A DNA stretch of 5,448 bases from Hassallia sp. (GTDB lineage Bacteria; Cyanobacteriota; Cyanobacteriia; Cyanobacteriales; Nostocaceae), in the NCBI GenBank assembly GCA_050997715.1, contig JBPCQW010000270.1, forward strand, positions 1 to 5,448, written 5' to 3'. The position numbers were made by a program, and so were the translations under genes. The notes under the pieces were generated by a model. That model ran no database searches. It worked only from the letters and a program-made list of their open reading frames with translations, and was not told where the DNA came from. Shown one piece after another: positions 3,235-5,448 of the stretch (position 1 is the stretch's first letter; every line of letters starts with the position of its first letter).

Positions 3235-5448
3235 TTGCCCTGGAGTGGCGCGACAAAGTTCGTCGGACGTGAAAAAGAACTCGAACTTCTCCACCAACTA
3301 TTGCAGGGAAATAACTGTGTGGCAATAGCTGCCGTTGCTGGTATGGGTGGTGTGGGTAAAACTGAACTAGCGTTGCAATATGCACTTCTTCAGCGGGAAT
3401 TTTACTCTGGGGGGATTTGCTGGTGTGATGTCAAAAGCGGTGATGTGGGTTTGCAGGTGGTGCAATTTGCTCGCATTTACCTAGATTTAAACCCCTTGAC
3501 AGATTTAGATTTAATTGGGCAGGTGAAATACTGTTGGCAGCGCTGGCGTGAGGGTAATGTGTTGTTAGTGCTGGATGATGTCACTATATATAAGGAAATT
3601 CAGCCGTATTTACCGCCTTCATCCACCCGGTTTAAGGTGCTGATGACAACCAGAAAGCACTTCGGGCAGATTCCTAAATTATCATTGGATGTACTGGAAC
3701 CACAAGCCGCGCTGGAGTTGTTGCGAAATCTAATTGGGGATGAACGGGTTAATGTAGAAACACAGGTTATCGCGTCTTTACTTGAAAGGTTGGGATATTT
3801 GCCTTTGGGGATAGAGTTAGTTGGACGGTATCTCGCAAGAAAAGAGGATTTGTCCATAGCAGAAATGTTGCAGAGGTTGGAGAAAAAGAAACTTAACGAG
3901 CGTTCTTTGTCTCAACCAGAAGACGACATGACAGCACAGCGGGGTGTGCAAGCAGCATTCGAGTTAAGTTGGGATGAATTAAACGACACAGATAAGCAAC
4001 TCGCGTGTTTGCTGAGTTTATTTGCTGCTGCACCGATACCTTGGGAGTTGGTAGAATCTTGTTTACCTGATGTGGATGCAGAAGAGTTAGAAGAAAGTCG
4101 GGATGATAAACTGCTGAATTTGCATTTGCTCCAGCGTAAGCAAAAGGGAATTTATCAACTGCATCCACTGCTGCGAGAATTCTTTCAAGGGAAGTTAGAA
4201 GCACCACCTTTTGAGGAAAATTCCGGGGATGTCAAACAAGCTTTTGTCAAAGTAATGATAGCAGTTGCCAAGCAGATTCCTGATTATTCTACCCTTGAGC
4301 AAATCACCGCCGTTTCTCCCGCCATACCTCATATAGCTGAAGTAGCGAATAATCTGATTCAATATGTCAGCGATGATGATTTAATTTCACCATTTATCGG
4401 GAACGCTCAATTTTATAAAGGTCAGGGATTGTATAACCAAGCTAAACCTTGGTATGAACAGTGTTTAGAAGTTACCAAAAAACACTTGGGAGAGCAACAT
4501 CAAGATGTTGCCCTTAGCCTCAACAACCTAGCCTCACTTTACGATTCTCAAGGAAAATACACCGAAGCCGAACCGTTATACCTACAAGCTTTGGCACTAA
4601 GGCGACAACTACTGGGAGAGGAACATCTTCTTGTTGCAGAGAGCCTCAATAATCTGGCTTTACTCTACAACTACCAAGGCAGATACAGCGAAGCCGAACC
4701 CCTTTACCAACAAGCTTTGGCACTCTATCGCCAACTGCTGGGCGAATCACATCCAGATGTCGCCACTAGCCTCAACAACCTAGCGTTCCTCTACAAATCC
4801 CAAGGCAGATACAGCGAAGCCGAACCCCTGTTGCTGCAAGCTTTAGAACTAAGACAACGCCTACTGGAAGAGGAACACCCTCTTGTTGCACTTAGCCTTA
4901 ACAACCTGGGACAATTCTACTACTCACAAGGAAAATACAACGAAGCCGAACCCCTATTGCTGCAAGCTTTGGAACTAACGCAACGCTCGCTGGGAGAAAA
5001 ACATCCATCTTTTGCTACTAGCCTCAACAATCTAGCTGCACTTTACTACTCCCAAAGAAAATACAGCGAAGCCGAACCACTGATGCTGCAAACTTTGGAA
5101 CTAATGCGACACCTGCTTGGAGAGGAACATCCAGATGTTGCACTTAGTCTCAACAACCTGGCATATCTCTACAACTTCCAAGGAAGATACAGCGAAGCCG
5201 AACCCCTGCACCTGCAAGCATTGGAACTCAGGCGACACCTACTGGGAGAAGAACATCCAGCTTTTGCGGTTAGCCTCAAAAATCTAGCAGAACTCTATCA
5301 CTTACAAGAACGTTATACGGAAGCCGAACCATTGTATCTGCAAGCATTGAAGATTTTTGAGCAACAATTAGGTGTTAATTATCACTACACTGTCAAGTGT
5401 CATAAAAATTTGGTAAGTCTTCGCGCTGACATGGCTTCACAGGAGTAA
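3235..5448 (+). CDS. NB-ARC (AP-ATPase) STAND NTPase with C-terminal TPR array (bacterial NLR-like protein). The start codon is uncertain
   Basis: Motifs seen: 'FVGREKELELL' pre-P-loop motif, Walker A 'GMGGVGKT' (nt 3340-3363), Walker B 'VLLVLDDV' (DD = 3574-3579), RNBS-B-like 'VLMTTRK', GLPL-like 'LGYLPLGIELVG'. Eight 42-aa TPR units of the kinesin-light-chain type (SLNNLA.LY..QG+Y.EAEPL..QAL) follow, from about nt 4408. Stop TAA at 5446-5448. The only start upstream of the P-loop region that keeps the FVGRE motif is TTG 3235, which has no Shine-Dalgarno. The first in-frame ATG (3343) lies inside the P-loop. Confidence 0.9.
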   Translation: MPWSGATKFVGREKELELLHQLLQGNNCVAIAAVAGMGGVGKTELALQYALLQREFYSGGICWCDVKSGDVGLQVVQFARIYLDLNPLTDLDLIGQVKYCWQRWREGNVLLVLDDVTIYKEIQPYLPPSSTRFKVLMTTRKHFGQIPKLSLDVLEPQAALELLRNLIGDERVNVETQVIASLLERLGYLPLGIELVGRYLARKEDLSIAEMLQRLEKKKLNERSLSQPEDDMTAQRGVQAAFELSWDELNDTDKQLACLLSLFAAAPIPWELVESCLPDVDAEELEESRDDKLLNLHLLQRKQKGIYQLHPLLREFFQGKLEAPPFEENSGDVKQAFVKVMIAVAKQIPDYSTLEQITAVSPAIPHIAEVANNLIQYVSDDDLISPFIGNAQFYKGQGLYNQAKPWYEQCLEVTKKHLGEQHQDVALSLNNLASLYDSQGKYTEAEPLYLQALALRRQLLGEEHLLVAESLNNLALLYNYQGRYSEAEPLYQQALALYRQLLGESHPDVATSLNNLAFLYKSQGRYSEAEPLLLQALELRQRLLEEEHPLVALSLNNLGQFYYSQGKYNEAEPLLLQALELTQRSLGEKHPSFATSLNNLAALYYSQRKYSEAEPLMLQTLELMRHLLGEEHPDVALSLNNLAYLYNFQGRYSEAEPLHLQALELRRHLLGEEHPAFAVSLKNLAELYHLQERYTEAEPLYLQALKIFEQQLGVNYHYTVKCHKNLVSLRADMASQE
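4408..5445 (+). repeat. Coding tandem repeat: eight TPR units with an exact 126-bp period
   Basis: The 11-mer GAAGCCGAACC starts at 4564, 4690, 4816, 4942, 5068, 5194 and 5320, spaced exactly 126 bp apart. A degenerate copy 'caagctaaacc' sits at 4438. The first and last units are divergent capping units. Confidence 0.9.

Noticed and set aside
3136-3260. This could be a Bell-type amyloid signalling pair, with the same short motif at the C-terminus of the upstream protein and the N-terminus of the NLR.
   Set aside because: The G/N-rich tail FQGNITIIGGNF has no counterpart in the first 30 or so residues after the TGA or TTG (PQSSEREPTKLNPLTKIPDNLPWSGATKF). The defining duplicated motif is therefore absent, and a fused gene split by a stop fits better.
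209-4207. These track ORFs overlap the large + strand genes: 209-391(-), 894-1115(-), 898-1137(+), 2061-2351(-), 2589-2801(-), 2759-3049(-), 3600-3857(-), 3893-4207(-).
   Set aside because: All lie entirely inside, or antisense to, long ORFs that have clear family motifs. Their translations are low-complexity or hydrophobic nonsense with no motifs. The 894-1137 pair sits in the purine-rich, low-complexity tract, where stop codons are scarce in several frames. I treat them as shadow ORFs.
4438-5445. The regular 126-bp periodic repeats might be a CRISPR-like or non-coding satellite array.
   Set aside because: The period is a multiple of 3 and sits in one long open frame. It translates to canonical 42-aa TPR units, and there is no repeat-spacer structure.
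2784-5448. No perfect HIP1 sites occur in the NLR half of the window, against four in the first 2.8 kb. This might hint at foreign origin.
   Set aside because: The counts are too small to be significant at typical HIP1 densities. A 7/8 site is present at 3003-3010, and a third of this region is internally repetitive, which reduces independent sampling.

Overview
All real genes in this window are on the + strand, and the DNA looks cyanobacterial. The evidence for that is four perfect HIP1 octamers (GCGATCGC), AT-rich codon usage, a hairpin-type intergenic repeat and a degenerate heptamer tract. There appear to be two transcription units.

Unit 1 (1-2661):
- The C-terminal two thirds of an XPB/Rad25-type SF2 helicase, cut by the window edge.
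- A full-length DUF790/Bax1-like nuclease, the known partner of archaeal XPB.
- A 50-codon ORF missing from the supplied ORF track. It has a GGAG Shine-Dalgarno overlapping the end of the bax1-like gene.
- A good intrinsic terminator 13 nt after that ORF's stop.

Unit 2 (about 2743-5448):
- A 143-aa helical protein with a strongly hydrophobic N-terminal helix and a G/N-rich C-terminus.
- An NB-ARC (P-loop GMGGVGKT, Walker B LLVLDDV, TTR, GxLPLGI) plus 8xTPR STAND/NLR-like NTPase.

The most unusual observation is that the two unit 2 ORFs share one reading frame and are separated only by a single TGA (3172-3174, followed by C). The NLR ORF has only a TTG start with no Shine-Dalgarno, and conserved-looking sequence runs across that TTG. 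The locus therefore reads as one effector-NB-ARC-TPR gene interrupted by a stop, which could be a nonsense mutation, programmed readthrough or a sequencing error.

Other points worth checking:
- The orphan antitoxin-like micro-ORF coupled to the nuclease.
- A tandem 23-bp hairpin repeat in the helicase-nuclease spacer.
- A RED-to-RTD variant and a long charged tail on the helicase.
- The exactly phased 126-bp TPR repeats, whose variable columns cluster.

XPB, Bax1 and NB-ARC-TPR are known families. What may be new is their arrangement and the interrupted architecture. All functional statements are inference from motifs read by eye; no searches were run.
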